64,000 nucleotides of DNA from Alphaproteobacteria bacterium (lineage in GTDB: Bacteria; Pseudomonadota; Alphaproteobacteria; UBA2966). The position numbers were made by a program, and so were the translations under genes. The notes under the pieces were generated by a model. It worked only from the letters and a program-made list of their open reading frames with translations. It did not search any database and had not been told where the DNA came from. Of the stretch, positions 1-9,902 are shown piece by piece. Every line of letters begins with the position of its first letter. Position 1 is the stretch's first letter. Where the stretch lies: NCBI GenBank assembly GCA_964291395.2, contig OZ219856.1, forward strand, positions 2,176,001 through 2,240,000, given 5' to 3'.

Positions 1-330
1 CTGTCGCGCCAGCGACCGTGAAATCTCCGGCGCCATGGTGGAGCAGTCACAGGTCACGAGCCCGGCCGAGCCGCCGGATACGACTCCGTCATCGCCCGTA
101 TAAGCGGCTTGGATGGCGCTTGCGGAAGGCAGGCACGTAAACACGACGGGCACCTGCGCGGCAACGTCGGACGGCGACGCGGCGACGATGACGCCTCCCA
201 GTGCCTCGGCCTGCGCACGGATTTCGGCCTTCAGGTCGTACGCGGACACGGAAAAACCGGCTTTGGAGAGATTCGTGACCATAGGCAAGCCCATCTGCCC
301 CAACCCGATGAATCCCACATCACTGGCCAC
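1..330 (-). CDS. NAD(P)-dependent oxidoreductase, 3-hydroxyisobutyrate dehydrogenase family (N-terminal part; runs off window start)
   Basis: Not in the ORF track; manual translation from GTG at 330 gives VASDVGFIGLGQMGLPMVTNLSKAGFSV...CDCSTMAP, with Rossmann GxGxMG; GAGGAG RBS upstream. Confidence 0.85.
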   Translation of the reverse strand, partial: MASDVGFIGLGQMGLPMVTNLSKAGFSVSAYDLKAEIRAQAEALGGVIVAASPSDVAAQVPVVFTCLPSASAIQAAYTGDDGVVSGGSAGLVTCDCSTMAPEISRSLARQ

Positions 331-428
331 GGCGGTCTCCTCGGAATTGTCCGGTGACAATCGTGTCGTGCGGCCCCGTGCCGCGCCCCGCCTTCGCCGT
401 TGCCGCAACCATCGAGGACACGCCGTCC

Positions 429-1487
429 CTAGCGGTCATAGCCCGCCTTCTCGAAGTAGGAGACCCCGACGCGGCCGCCGGACTCCGCCGCTTCGTATAT
501 GGCCTCGATGACGTGGAGGCCCGCGAGAGCGTCCCAAGCGGAAGCGTCGTCCGGCACGGCTCCCCGGACGATATCGAGCCAGTGGGCGTGGTGGCGGCCC
601 CCGAAGGGGCGATCGTCGAGCTCCGGCATGTGCCAGTCCGAAATCCCGATGACGTCGGGGGCGTAGATCGCCAAGGGACCGCGCTGCCCGCGCAGCAGCA
701 CCGTCCCCTTCTCGCCGTAGATCTCGACCAGAAACCGGTCGGTCCCCTTCTGCTCGCAGCCGGTGATCTCGTGATCCACGAGAATCCCGTTCTTCAGGCG
801 ATAGGTTGCGAAAGCGACATCCTCCAGCTCGATGCCGGTCACGACCTCGCCGTGGGGCAGCGTGCGCTCACGCATCATGCACGCCGTCCGACCCGAAACG
901 TCGTCGATGGGACCGAAGAGATGCTGAATCAGATCGATGCCGTGACTCGCCAGTGAGAAGACGACGCCACCGCTGACCACGGTCGGATCGTAATACCACG
1001 CCCAGATCGGACCCGAAGTCGCGTTCCGCACGCGCACGGTGTGGATGGGGCCGAACCTCCCGGACTTGATGAGATCGCGGACGTAAACGACCTCTTCGAA
1101 ATAGCGGTGCATGTAACTCACTTGAAGACCCACGCCCGCCCGGTCGGCCGCCGCTATGAGACGCTCGCAAGATCCGATGCTGTGCGCTACCGGCTTCTGG
1201 ACCATCATGGCCTTACCCGCCTCCGCGGCCGCCACTCCGATCTCCTCGTGTAAATTCTCCGGGGTCAGGATCAACACGGCATCGATATCGTCCCGCTCCA
1301 ATACGGCCCGGTAGTCGGTCTCGACTCCAGGAATTCCGTACTGTTCCGCCACCGGCGTGACCCGCTCCGCACGGCGCCCGCAGATGACCCGAACGTCCGC
1401 GCCCCCGGCGGCCCGCAGACCACCGAGGTGATAGTGACTGATGTCGCCCGCACCGATCACGCCGACCCGCACCGTGCCGCCGTTCAT
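429..1487 (-). CDS. Gfo/Idh/MocA family oxidoreductase
   Basis: VGVIGAGDIS, GKAMMVQKP (EKP variant), SHGIDL; start placed at ATG 1487 rather than 1550. Confidence 0.9.
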   Translation of the reverse strand: MNGGTVRVGVIGAGDISHYHLGGLRAAGGADVRVICGRRAERVTPVAEQYGIPGVETDYRAVLERDDIDAVLILTPENLHEEIGVAAAEAGKAMMVQKPVAHSIGSCERLIAAADRAGVGLQVSYMHRYFEEVVYVRDLIKSGRFGPIHTVRVRNATSGPIWAWYYDPTVVSGGVVFSLASHGIDLIQHLFGPIDDVSGRTACMMRERTLPHGEVVTGIELEDVAFATYRLKNGILVDHEITGCEQKGTDRFLVEIYGEKGTVLLRGQRGPLAIYAPDVIGISDWHMPELDDRPFGGRHHAHWLDIVRGAVPDDASAWDALAGLHVIEAIYEAAESGGRVGVSYFEKAGYDR

Positions 1488-1556
1488 CTCAGATATCCCC
1501 GATGTGTACCGTTGGACCGAACATAGCCTCGCATCCGGCAGACCCGCCACCGACGA

Positions 1557-3326
1557 TCACCATCCGACGGCGTAGGCCGGGCGTCGGGCGTCCGCCCCGC
1601 CGGTGTGGATACCCGTCTCCAGGTCCTTGCGGATCATGCAGACGGCACCCGCCCGCCAGGTCCAATCCGGCCACCAGTCCACGTCGTGACCGTAGGACTC
1701 CAACATGCTCGCGGTGGCCTCGTCGATGCGGCTCTCCAGCTTCACCTTGGCGGGCTGGCTGCCGTGGGGCTCGAACGAGTCGGGGAAGCTGTACGTCGCG
1801 AACCGGGGCGCCTCGATGGCCTGTTGCGGGTTCATCCCCCACCGCACGACATTGAGGAAACACTGCAGCATCGCCTGTACCTGGACGTCCCCGCCCGGCG
1901 TACCGAAGGGCATGATGAAGTCGCCCTCTCGGACGGCGAGCGCCGGGTTCGGCGTCAGGCGCGGCCGCTTGCCCGGTGCGACGGACGATGCGTGGTCCGG
2001 GTCGACCCACGACTGAGACCCGCGCGAGGACGGGCAGAGGCCGGTACCCGGCACGACCGGCGTGTCGCTGGACGTGTCGCTGGGAGTGGCGGAGAACACG
2101 TTGCCGTGGCGATCGGTAACGCAAACGTAGGACGTATCGAGTGCCGGCATCCGCGCGGCGTCCACCGGGACGTGAACGCCGGCGTGGCGCGGTCCCACGG
2201 CCGACATGGCCGACGGATCTCCGCCCGGAGGCATGTCGGGCCAGGCCTCTTCGGGACGGATCAACTCGCGGCGGCGCCGGGTATAGTCATCCGACAGAAG
2301 TCCCTCCATGGGTACGTTCACGAAACGGGGGTCGCCGTAGTAGTGGTGGCGGTCGGCAAAGGCGAGCTTGATGGCCTCGATCAGCGTGTGGACGTAGGCC
2401 GGGGAGTTGTGACCCATGGCGCCGAGATCGAAACCGTCGAGCAATCGCAGCGCCTGGAGGAGCGCGGGACCCTGACACCAGGGACCGCAGGCGTAGAGCC
2501 TCGTGCCGTCGTAGTCCACCGAGACCGGAGGCTCGATACCGACCCGGAAGTCCGCGAGGTCGCCCGCCCGCATCCAGCCACCGTTCTTCTCGTGGAACTT
2601 CACGATGGCGGCCGCGATATCACCCCGATAGAAGGCGTCGCGCGCTGCTTGAAGCCCCGCCTCGCGCCCCCGACCCGCGGCCGCGGTCTCCTCGTCCGCC
2701 ATGTACTGCAGCGTGCACCCGAGATCGCTCTGGACGAACAGGTCGCCCACGGCCGGCGGCTTGCCGCCGGGTAGGTAGATTTCCGCATTGGAAGACCAGC
2801 GCCGGTATTTCTCCTCATTGGCGCGGATCAGGTCCGACATGAGCGGGTACATGACGAACCCTTCGGAGGCGAACCGGATGGCGGCCGCCGCAACCTCGGC
2901 GAAGCTCATCGTGCCGTACCGCTCGAGCGCCGTGATCCAGGCGTCGGGCGCGGCCGGCACCACGGTCCGCAGGATGCCCTCGGGAACGCGGGAGGCGTGT
3001 CTGCGTCGGAACAGATCCGGGTCCGTGGCCCCGGGCCAAGTGCCGAGGCCGCTGATCGTGACGACCTCGCATGATTTCGCGAGATACATGATGATCGGCG
3101 CCACGCCGGCCACGTTGACCAGCTCGCTCTGCAGCACGCCGAGGGCGATCCCGCCGGCGCATCCGGCATCGATCGCATTGCCGCCGGCCTCAAGCACGTC
3201 GAAGGCGGCGTGGGCCGCGAGATAGTGACCGGCCACCGCCATGTGTCGCGTGCCCGCGACGGCCGGCCGCAACGTCGATAAACCTTCCCGGGCACCGGAT
3301 TCGGTCAAACCGTCGATGGGCATCAC
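1557..3326 (-). CDS. Gamma-glutamyltransferase family Ntn-hydrolase
   Basis: GGNAIDA, EAIKLAFADR, autocleavage Thr in LDTSY, FGTPGGDVQ, GGADARR. Confidence 0.9.
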   Translation of the reverse strand: MMPIDGLTESGAREGLSTLRPAVAGTRHMAVAGHYLAAHAAFDVLEAGGNAIDAGCAGGIALGVLQSELVNVAGVAPIIMYLAKSCEVVTISGLGTWPGATDPDLFRRRHASRVPEGILRTVVPAAPDAWITALERYGTMSFAEVAAAAIRFASEGFVMYPLMSDLIRANEEKYRRWSSNAEIYLPGGKPPAVGDLFVQSDLGCTLQYMADEETAAAGRGREAGLQAARDAFYRGDIAAAIVKFHEKNGGWMRAGDLADFRVGIEPPVSVDYDGTRLYACGPWCQGPALLQALRLLDGFDLGAMGHNSPAYVHTLIEAIKLAFADRHHYYGDPRFVNVPMEGLLSDDYTRRRRELIRPEEAWPDMPPGGDPSAMSAVGPRHAGVHVPVDAARMPALDTSYVCVTDRHGNVFSATPSDTSSDTPVVPGTGLCPSSRGSQSWVDPDHASSVAPGKRPRLTPNPALAVREGDFIMPFGTPGGDVQVQAMLQCFLNVVRWGMNPQQAIEAPRFATYSFPDSFEPHGSQPAKVKLESRIDEATASMLESYGHDVDWWPDWTWRAGAVCMIRKDLETGIHTGGADARRPAYAVGW

Positions 3327-3380
3327 TCGTTCCCTCGTTTCTGGCGGGGCCGGCGTTTCGCCGACAGCCGCCCTGTTATA

Positions 3381-4262
3381 TTGCGGCAGGACACCCGACC
3401 CGGCAAACCGACCAGGACCACCTTGTCCGTTTTCGAATTCCTGTCTCCCGGCACGACGCCCTTCGCGGATATCTCCTGGGGAGCGATCGGCGTCATCGGC
3501 CTGATCTATTTCGGTTCGTTCTTCGTGCGCGGAACTTTCGGGTTCGGCTCGGGCGTGCCGGCCATACTGCTCGGCTCATACATCCTCGAGCCGCATCACG
3601 CAGTGCTGCTGTTGCTCACCTGCTCGAGCATCAGCCACGCGCAGTTCATCGGACACGGCCTGCGGTACGCGGACTGGGGCGTCGCCAAGGTGATCCTGAT
3701 CTTCCTGATCCCCGGTGTCATCGGCGGCGTCTGGGTCTTCCGGGAGCTGAGCTCCGCCTGGCTCACACTCGTGCTCGGCGTCGTGATCTCCATCATCGTG
3801 GCGATCAGTTTCACCGACATCATGAACAAGTTGTCCGCACGCGCCGACATCCGCTCGCCTTGGATCGCCGGAGTGCTGGCGACCTGTTCGGGATGTATCG
3901 CGGGCGCCGTTGGCGCCGGCGCCAACTACCTGACGGCGGCATATCTCCGGCACGCCTGCCCGACCGCACATCAACTCCGCGCGACAGGGTTCACCTTGAG
4001 CACGGTGTCGATCGTGGGACGAGTCGTCGTCACGTCGTTCGCGGGGCTGATCACCCCGCAGATGATTGCCGAGACGATCGTATTGGCGCCCGTCGTGATC
4101 GCGGGCGGCTGGCTCGGGGCGCGGTTCTTCCGAGCGCTACCCGGTGCCCGGTTCGATGTGGTGTTCCGGGTGTTCCTGCTGATGGTCTCGATCAGTGTCG
4201 TCGGAAAAGGGATCTGGCAGGTGGTTGACTTCGTTCAAATGGATGTGGGAAGCGGACCTTGA
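3381..4262 (+). CDS. TauE/SafE-family sulfite exporter-like membrane protein (start uncertain)
   Basis: About 8 hydrophobic segments, FVRGTFGFGSG N-terminal motif, internal two-fold repeat pattern. Confidence 0.75.
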   Translation: MRQDTRPGKPTRTTLSVFEFLSPGTTPFADISWGAIGVIGLIYFGSFFVRGTFGFGSGVPAILLGSYILEPHHAVLLLLTCSSISHAQFIGHGLRYADWGVAKVILIFLIPGVIGGVWVFRELSSAWLTLVLGVVISIIVAISFTDIMNKLSARADIRSPWIAGVLATCSGCIAGAVGAGANYLTAAYLRHACPTAHQLRATGFTLSTVSIVGRVVVTSFAGLITPQMIAETIVLAPVVIAGGWLGARFFRALPGARFDVVFRVFLLMVSISVVGKGIWQVVDFVQMDVGSGP

Positions 4263-4403
4263 GTTTGCGACCGTACGTCCCCCGCCGGTGCCGGCACGGA
4301 GGTGTCACGCGTCCGGAATTGCGATATCGTCCCCGCGCACCCACCTACCGGTGCGGCACACTGCAGTACGTCGCGACAGCCGAAGCATCGGATTGGAGAG
4401 TTC

Positions 4404-5369
4404 ATGTCGATTGACGCCGCAGAGAAAGAAGTCCCGCCACTCGATCCGGCCAAATTCCACGATCCGGAGGTCACCGCCGACGGATCGGCGCGAGCGAAGG
4501 TCGCGCTGAAAAGACTGGAGACGCTGTGGTTCAACACGGGCACGCTCTGCAACCTCACATGCGTCAACTGCTACATCGAGTCGAGCCCGACCAACGACCG
4601 GCTCGTCTATATCACGGCTGAGGAGGTCCGGACCTACGTCGACGAGATCCGGCGCGACGGCTGGACAACCCGCGAGATCGGCTTCACGGGCGGTGAGCCG
4701 TTCATGAATCCGGAAATCATCGACTGCCTGGAGGCCTGCCTATTCCAGGGGTTGGAAGTGCTGGTCCTGACCAACGGCATGCGGCCGATGACGAAGCGCC
4801 GGGACGAGCTATTGAGACTGAATGGGACGTACGGTCGCAAACTCAAGATCCGCGTATCGCTCGATCACTACACGCCGGCCCTCCACGAGCTGGAACGGGG
4901 AGCGTATAGCTGGGAGAAAACGCTACCAGGGCTCAAATGGCTGTCCGAACATGGGTTCCGCATCAGCGTGGCGGGGCGGACCCTGTGGGCGGAACCCGAA
5001 GACAGCTTGCGGGCCGGCTACGCCAAACTGTTCGCGGTCGAGGATATCGGCGTGGACGCGTGGGACCAGGCGGAGCTGGTCCTCTTTCCCGAGATGGACG
5101 AGACCATCGACGTCCCCGAGATCACCAAGGCCTGCTGGGGGATCTTGGGCGTCGATCCGGACGACGTGATGTGCGCGACGTCGCGCATGGTGGTAAAGCG
5201 CAAGGGTGCCGACAGACCGGTCGTGCTGCCCTGCACGCTCCTACCCTATGACACGGGCTTCGAGCTCGGCGAAACGCTCGCCGAAGCCACCGGCGACGTG
5301 GCCCTCAACCACCCCCACTGCGCCAAGTTCTGTGTCCTCGGCGGGGGTTCCTGCTCCATCGCGAAATAG
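4404..5369 (+). CDS. Radical SAM protein of unknown substrate
   Basis: CNLTCVNC (CxxxCxxC), FTGGEPF, Cys-rich C-terminus; GGAG RBS before ATG 4404. Confidence 0.9.
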   Translation: MSIDAAEKEVPPLDPAKFHDPEVTADGSARAKVALKRLETLWFNTGTLCNLTCVNCYIESSPTNDRLVYITAEEVRTYVDEIRRDGWTTREIGFTGGEPFMNPEIIDCLEACLFQGLEVLVLTNGMRPMTKRRDELLRLNGTYGRKLKIRVSLDHYTPALHELERGAYSWEKTLPGLKWLSEHGFRISVAGRTLWAEPEDSLRAGYAKLFAVEDIGVDAWDQAELVLFPEMDETIDVPEITKACWGILGVDPDDVMCATSRMVVKRKGADRPVVLPCTLLPYDTGFELGETLAEATGDVALNHPHCAKFCVLGGGSCSIAK

Positions 5370-5408
5370 CTTACGGGGCGGGACCTCGAGGCCGACCTCA
5401 GTTCACGG

Positions 5409-6329
5409 TCAACGCCGATTGAGGACCGGGTCCTCCACACCCACGGCTTCGCAAGCAGCGCTGACGATGGCCGAGAAGTCCTTGTCGGCGTACTTCGACT
5501 CCAACAGCTCGTCGTAGTGATCAAGCGCCAAGTCGGCGAGGGGCGTGTCCACCCCGAGCTCGTCCGCCAAGCGGACGCCGAGCGAGAGATCCTTGCGGGC
5601 GAGCCGCATGGCGAACCCCGGTTCGAGATCGCCCGAGAACATCTTCGACAGCCAGCCCGTGGTCAGGCAGCCATTGGTCGCGGTCGTGCCGGTGATCACC
5701 TGCCAGATGGTGTCGGCGGGCAAACCGGCCTTCATCGCCATGGAGAAGGCTTCGGCATTGGCCTTAGCGGTGATCATCGTAAGGAAGTTGTTCACGACCT
5801 TGCAGCGAATCCCCGCACCCGCCGGACCGCAATGGATGATGGTATCCCCCATCGCCTCGAGAAGCGGCCGGACACGCTCCACGTCTTCGGCCTCGCCACC
5901 AACCATGAACAGCGACGTGCCGGAGATTGCCTGAGGCGGGAGACGGCCCACGGCCGCATCCACGAAAATCATGCCCGCGGCCGCGGCCGCTTCCGCGAGC
6001 GCATCGGTGTCCTTGGGATAGATCGTGCTCGTATCGAGCACGATCATCCCCGGACGGCCACTCTCGACGATGCCTCCGGACCCGGACACGACGTCCGTAA
6101 CCTGCGGCGAGCCGGGCAGCATCGTGATGACGATGTCGCTGTTCTCAGATACCTCGGCCACGCTTCCCGCACTCGAGGCACCGAGCTCGACGAGGGGTGG
6201 AACCTTGGACTGGTCGATGTCGAACACCGTAACCTCGAACCCCTTCTTCAGCAGATTGCTCGACATGGGTGTCCCCATGACACCCAAACCGATGTAGCCG
6301 ACTCTTTCCATTTTCCCGCTCTCCATCAT
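5409..6329 (-). CDS. 3-hydroxyisobutyrate dehydrogenase family reductase, resembling sulfolactaldehyde reductase YihU
   Basis: GYIGLGVMG; DAAVGR, GIRCKVVNN and SGDLEPGF...KDL resemble YihU as recalled from memory. Confidence 0.8.
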   Translation of the reverse strand: MMESGKMERVGYIGLGVMGTPMSSNLLKKGFEVTVFDIDQSKVPPLVELGASSAGSVAEVSENSDIVITMLPGSPQVTDVVSGSGGIVESGRPGMIVLDTSTIYPKDTDALAEAAAAAGMIFVDAAVGRLPPQAISGTSLFMVGGEAEDVERVRPLLEAMGDTIIHCGPAGAGIRCKVVNNFLTMITAKANAEAFSMAMKAGLPADTIWQVITGTTATNGCLTTGWLSKMFSGDLEPGFAMRLARKDLSLGVRLADELGVDTPLADLALDHYDELLESKYADKDFSAIVSAACEAVGVEDPVLNRR

Positions 6330-6522
6330 CAGGTGAAATCCCGGTACCGGATCATAATCGAGAGCCCCATGACCGCGAATCGCCCCGGAGTCACCGCCGG
6401 TTGCCGCTCGCGAGGCGCTTGCCTAAATTTGTCGCGCCCAACCGTAGAGCGGAGTCGGTCGAGGAGTTTCACATGGAACGGCGATTCAACCAGTGCCGGC
6501 CGGAACAGGCGGGACGTCGGAG

Positions 6523-7716
6523 ATGAGCGGTCCCCTCGACGGCGTGCGGGTCATCGACTTGACCACCATCCTTCTCGGACCATTCGCCACCCAGATCCTC
6601 GGCGACATGGGCGCCGACGTCATCAAGGTCGAGTCCCCCGGCGGCGATCCCATGCGCGGTTTGGGGCCCAAGCACTCGGAAGGCATGGGGCCGGTGTTTC
6701 TGAACAGCAACCGCAACAAGCGCAGCCTCGTGCTCGACCTCAAGGCGAAGGAAGGCCACGCGGCCATGCTCAAGGTCGTGGAATCGGCAGACGTCTTCTT
6801 CCACAACATGCGCCCCAGAGGCGTGCGCAACCTCGGACTTGCCTACGAAGATCTGCGCGAGATCAATCCTCGCCTCATCTATTGCGGCGCCTACGGCTAC
6901 CGTGAAGACGGCCCTTACGGGGACAAGCCGGCCTACGACGACATGATTCAGGCGGCCTCCGGCCTTGCCATGCTGCAAGCCGAGGTGGGCGATCGCCCGG
7001 CCTACGTCGCGAATGTGATCTGCGACAAGATCGTGGCCATGTCGGCAGCCAACGCGGTGGCCATGGCGCTATTCCACAGGGAACGAACCGGGCGGGGCCA
7101 GCGCGTAGAAGTTCCGATGTTCGAGACCATGGTCAACTTCCTGCTGCCGGAGCATTGGATGGGCATGACCTTCGAGCCACCCCTGGGTCCCGCAGGTTAC
7201 GGCCGTGTGCTGTCGCAGGGCAGACGTCCGTACAAGTCGAAGGACGGCTACGTCGCCGCGATGCCTTACTCGGACCGGCAGTGGGAAACCTTTTTCAAGC
7301 TGGTGGGACGCGAGGAGCTCCTGGAAGACCCGCGTTTCAGTACCCTGGACGAACGGGTGAATCACGTCGAGGATCTCTATGGCGAACTCGCCAGGATCGT
7401 CGCGACCCGGACCACGGCCGAATGGATGGAGATACTGGACGAGGCGCAGATCCCGGTGATGGCCGTGAACTCGATCGAGGATCTGGCGGACGACCCCCAC
7501 CTCGCGGAGACCGGCTATTGGCACATGATGGAACACCCCACCGAGGGAACACTGCGCCTACCGGGCATCCCGACCGAGTTCTCCGAGTCGCCCGGCGACG
7601 TTCGGCTGCCGCCGCCGAGGCTCGGCGAGCACACGGCGGAAGTATTGAGGGAGGCCGGTTTGCCGGAGGCGGAGATTGACGGGTTGGTCAATGCCGGGAC
7701 CGCAGTCGCGGCGTAG
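6523..7716 (+). CDS. Class III CoA-transferase (CaiB/BaiF family)
   Basis: GPLDGVRVIDLT, LGDMGADVIKVE, NRNKRS, PPPRLGEHT. Confidence 0.95.
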   Translation: MSGPLDGVRVIDLTTILLGPFATQILGDMGADVIKVESPGGDPMRGLGPKHSEGMGPVFLNSNRNKRSLVLDLKAKEGHAAMLKVVESADVFFHNMRPRGVRNLGLAYEDLREINPRLIYCGAYGYREDGPYGDKPAYDDMIQAASGLAMLQAEVGDRPAYVANVICDKIVAMSAANAVAMALFHRERTGRGQRVEVPMFETMVNFLLPEHWMGMTFEPPLGPAGYGRVLSQGRRPYKSKDGYVAAMPYSDRQWETFFKLVGREELLEDPRFSTLDERVNHVEDLYGELARIVATRTTAEWMEILDEAQIPVMAVNSIEDLADDPHLAETGYWHMMEHPTEGTLRLPGIPTEFSESPGDVRLPPPRLGEHTAEVLREAGLPEAEIDGLVNAGTAVAA

Positions 7717-7857
7717 GCAGGGAGCAGCTGCTCGTTAGCACCGCCACCGGACAACTCTGCTCGTTGCCGACACGCCGGACAGTTCGCGTCAGCTTGGCCG
7801 CTGTGTTAAGGAACCGGCCTCTCACACGATCACCTCCATCCTCGCGGGAACTTACGC

Positions 7858-9894
7858 ATGGCCCACCTGATCGGCGTCGACGTCGGCGGCACCAACACTG
7901 ATCTGGTCTTCGTGGATACCGAGGCAGGCGAACTACGCGTCGCCAAGGTACCGTCGACACCGTCCAACCAGGCGGACGGCCTGATGCACGGGATCGACAT
8001 CCTGGATGTCCCGCTGAAGGAGATCGATCTGCTGATCCACGGCACGACCGTAGCGACCAACGCCGTGATCGAACGCAAGGGTGCCCGCTGCGGCCTGATC
8101 ACGACCAAGGGCTTCCGGGATGTCCTCGAGATGGGGCGCCGCGACCGCCGGCAGGTGTACGGCCTGTTCGGCGATTTCCAGCCTCTCATCGACCGTCGGG
8201 ACCGCCGCGAAGTGGACGAACGCGTGAGCGCCCAGGGAGAAATCCTGACACCCCTCGATCCCGAGGAAGTGCGCGCCGTCGCCAGTGCGCTCGCCGAGGA
8301 AGGCTGCGAGGCCCTGGTCATCTCGTTCATGCACGCTTACGCCAACACCGGGAACGAAGCGGCAGCCGGACGGGCCGCGCGGGAGGTCTGGCCCAACGAC
8401 TTCGTCGTTACGAGTTCCGAGGTCCTGCCGGTAGTCCGCGAGTTCGAGCGGACCAGCACCGCCACCGTCAGCGGCTACGTCCAGCCCCTTATCTCACGGT
8501 ATCTCACGAGTCTGGGGGACCGGCTGAACGAAGGCGGCTACGACAGGGAGTTCCTCGTCGTCCAGTTGAACGGCGGCGTGATGACGGCATCCGTGGCGGC
8601 ACGGCTGGCCTCCAACACCATCCTTTCCGGACCCGCCGCGGGCGTGACCGCGGGGGCGGCCATTGCCGTGGACATGGATATCGGCGACGTGGTGTGCTGC
8701 GACATGGGCGGCACCAGCTTCGACGCGTGCATCATTCGCGGAGGCCAGCCCGTGATCGCCAACGAAAAGTATCTGGATTTCCGCATTCCGCTGAGCCTGC
8801 CCATGCTCGACGTCGACGCCATCGGCGCGGGCGGCGGCAGCATCGCCCGCATCGATTCCTCCGGCATTATCGAGGTCGGCCCGGAGAGCGCGGGCGCCGA
8901 CCCCGGACCGGCCTGTGTCGGACTCGGCGGAACCGAGCCGACGGTGACGGATGCAAGCCTGGTGCTCGGATACCTCGATCCCGGCGAGGCCATCGGGCGG
9001 GACGAAGGTGTCGGTATGGACGTCGAACTCGCGCGCGCGGCGATCCAGGAAAAGATCGCAGGACCGCTCAATCTGGCGGTAGAGGACGCCGCGGAAGCCA
9101 TCCTCACGGTCACCGGCGCCAAGATGGCGGGCCACGTGCGGCGGAATCTCCTCGGCAAGGGTCTCGACCCGCGCGAATTCTCGGTGATCGCCTTCGGCGG
9201 CGCCGGTCCGGTTCACGTGAACCGGATCACCCGCGAGGTCGGTTTCCGTTCGGCCATCATTCCTGCATATCCAGGACTGACCTCGGCTCTCGGATGCGTT
9301 CTCGGGCGCCTGCGACACGACTACCTGCGCACGGTGAACGTCGCGCTCGACACCCTCGATCCCGCTGCCCTCGGCACGATCTTCGATGAAGAGGTCCGGA
9401 AGGGGCGCGCGTTGCTAGAGGCGGAAGGCGTGCCCGCCGACCGGATCACGGCCACCCTCGGCGCGGACATGTGCTACGCCGGTCAGGCCTACGTCATCCA
9501 GGTGATCTTCCCCGACGACGAGGCGTTGTCGAAGGACTCGATCAGCAAGGCCTTCGAGGCCGCCTATCACGAACGGTTCGCCAACCTGCTGCCGCACGCG
9601 GGCATCAAAATCATCAGCACCCGGGTGACGGTTGCCAGCACCGAGGACGTTCCCTCCGTCGCCGACCTCGTCTCCGCGCCTACGGATACCAGCCCGACCG
9701 CCGGGACCACACGGGCGTACTTCGGCGGCGGCTGGGTCGACGCGGCCAAATACCGGCGCGGCGAACTGCCAGCGGAGTTCCGCGTCGACGGACCGGCGTT
9801 GCTTACGCAGCCCGACTCCACCACACTGATCGAACCCGGCTTCTCCGCCACGGTGCATCCGACGGGGAACTTGCTGATCGAGGCGAACACCTGA
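7858..9894 (+). CDS. Hydantoinase A / 5-oxoprolinase ATP-binding subunit
   Basis: GVDVGGTNTD, HGTTVATNA, SGPAAG, DMGGTSFD, GAGGGSIA, FGGAGP. Confidence 0.95.
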   Translation: MAHLIGVDVGGTNTDLVFVDTEAGELRVAKVPSTPSNQADGLMHGIDILDVPLKEIDLLIHGTTVATNAVIERKGARCGLITTKGFRDVLEMGRRDRRQVYGLFGDFQPLIDRRDRREVDERVSAQGEILTPLDPEEVRAVASALAEEGCEALVISFMHAYANTGNEAAAGRAAREVWPNDFVVTSSEVLPVVREFERTSTATVSGYVQPLISRYLTSLGDRLNEGGYDREFLVVQLNGGVMTASVAARLASNTILSGPAAGVTAGAAIAVDMDIGDVVCCDMGGTSFDACIIRGGQPVIANEKYLDFRIPLSLPMLDVDAIGAGGGSIARIDSSGIIEVGPESAGADPGPACVGLGGTEPTVTDASLVLGYLDPGEAIGRDEGVGMDVELARAAIQEKIAGPLNLAVEDAAEAILTVTGAKMAGHVRRNLLGKGLDPREFSVIAFGGAGPVHVNRITREVGFRSAIIPAYPGLTSALGCVLGRLRHDYLRTVNVALDTLDPAALGTIFDEEVRKGRALLEAEGVPADRITATLGADMCYAGQAYVIQVIFPDDEALSKDSISKAFEAAYHERFANLLPHAGIKIISTRVTVASTEDVPSVADLVSAPTDTSPTAGTTRAYFGGGWVDAAKYRRGELPAEFRVDGPALLTQPDSTTLIEPGFSATVHPTGNLLIEANT

Positions 9895-9902
9895 GGCAGG
9901 AC

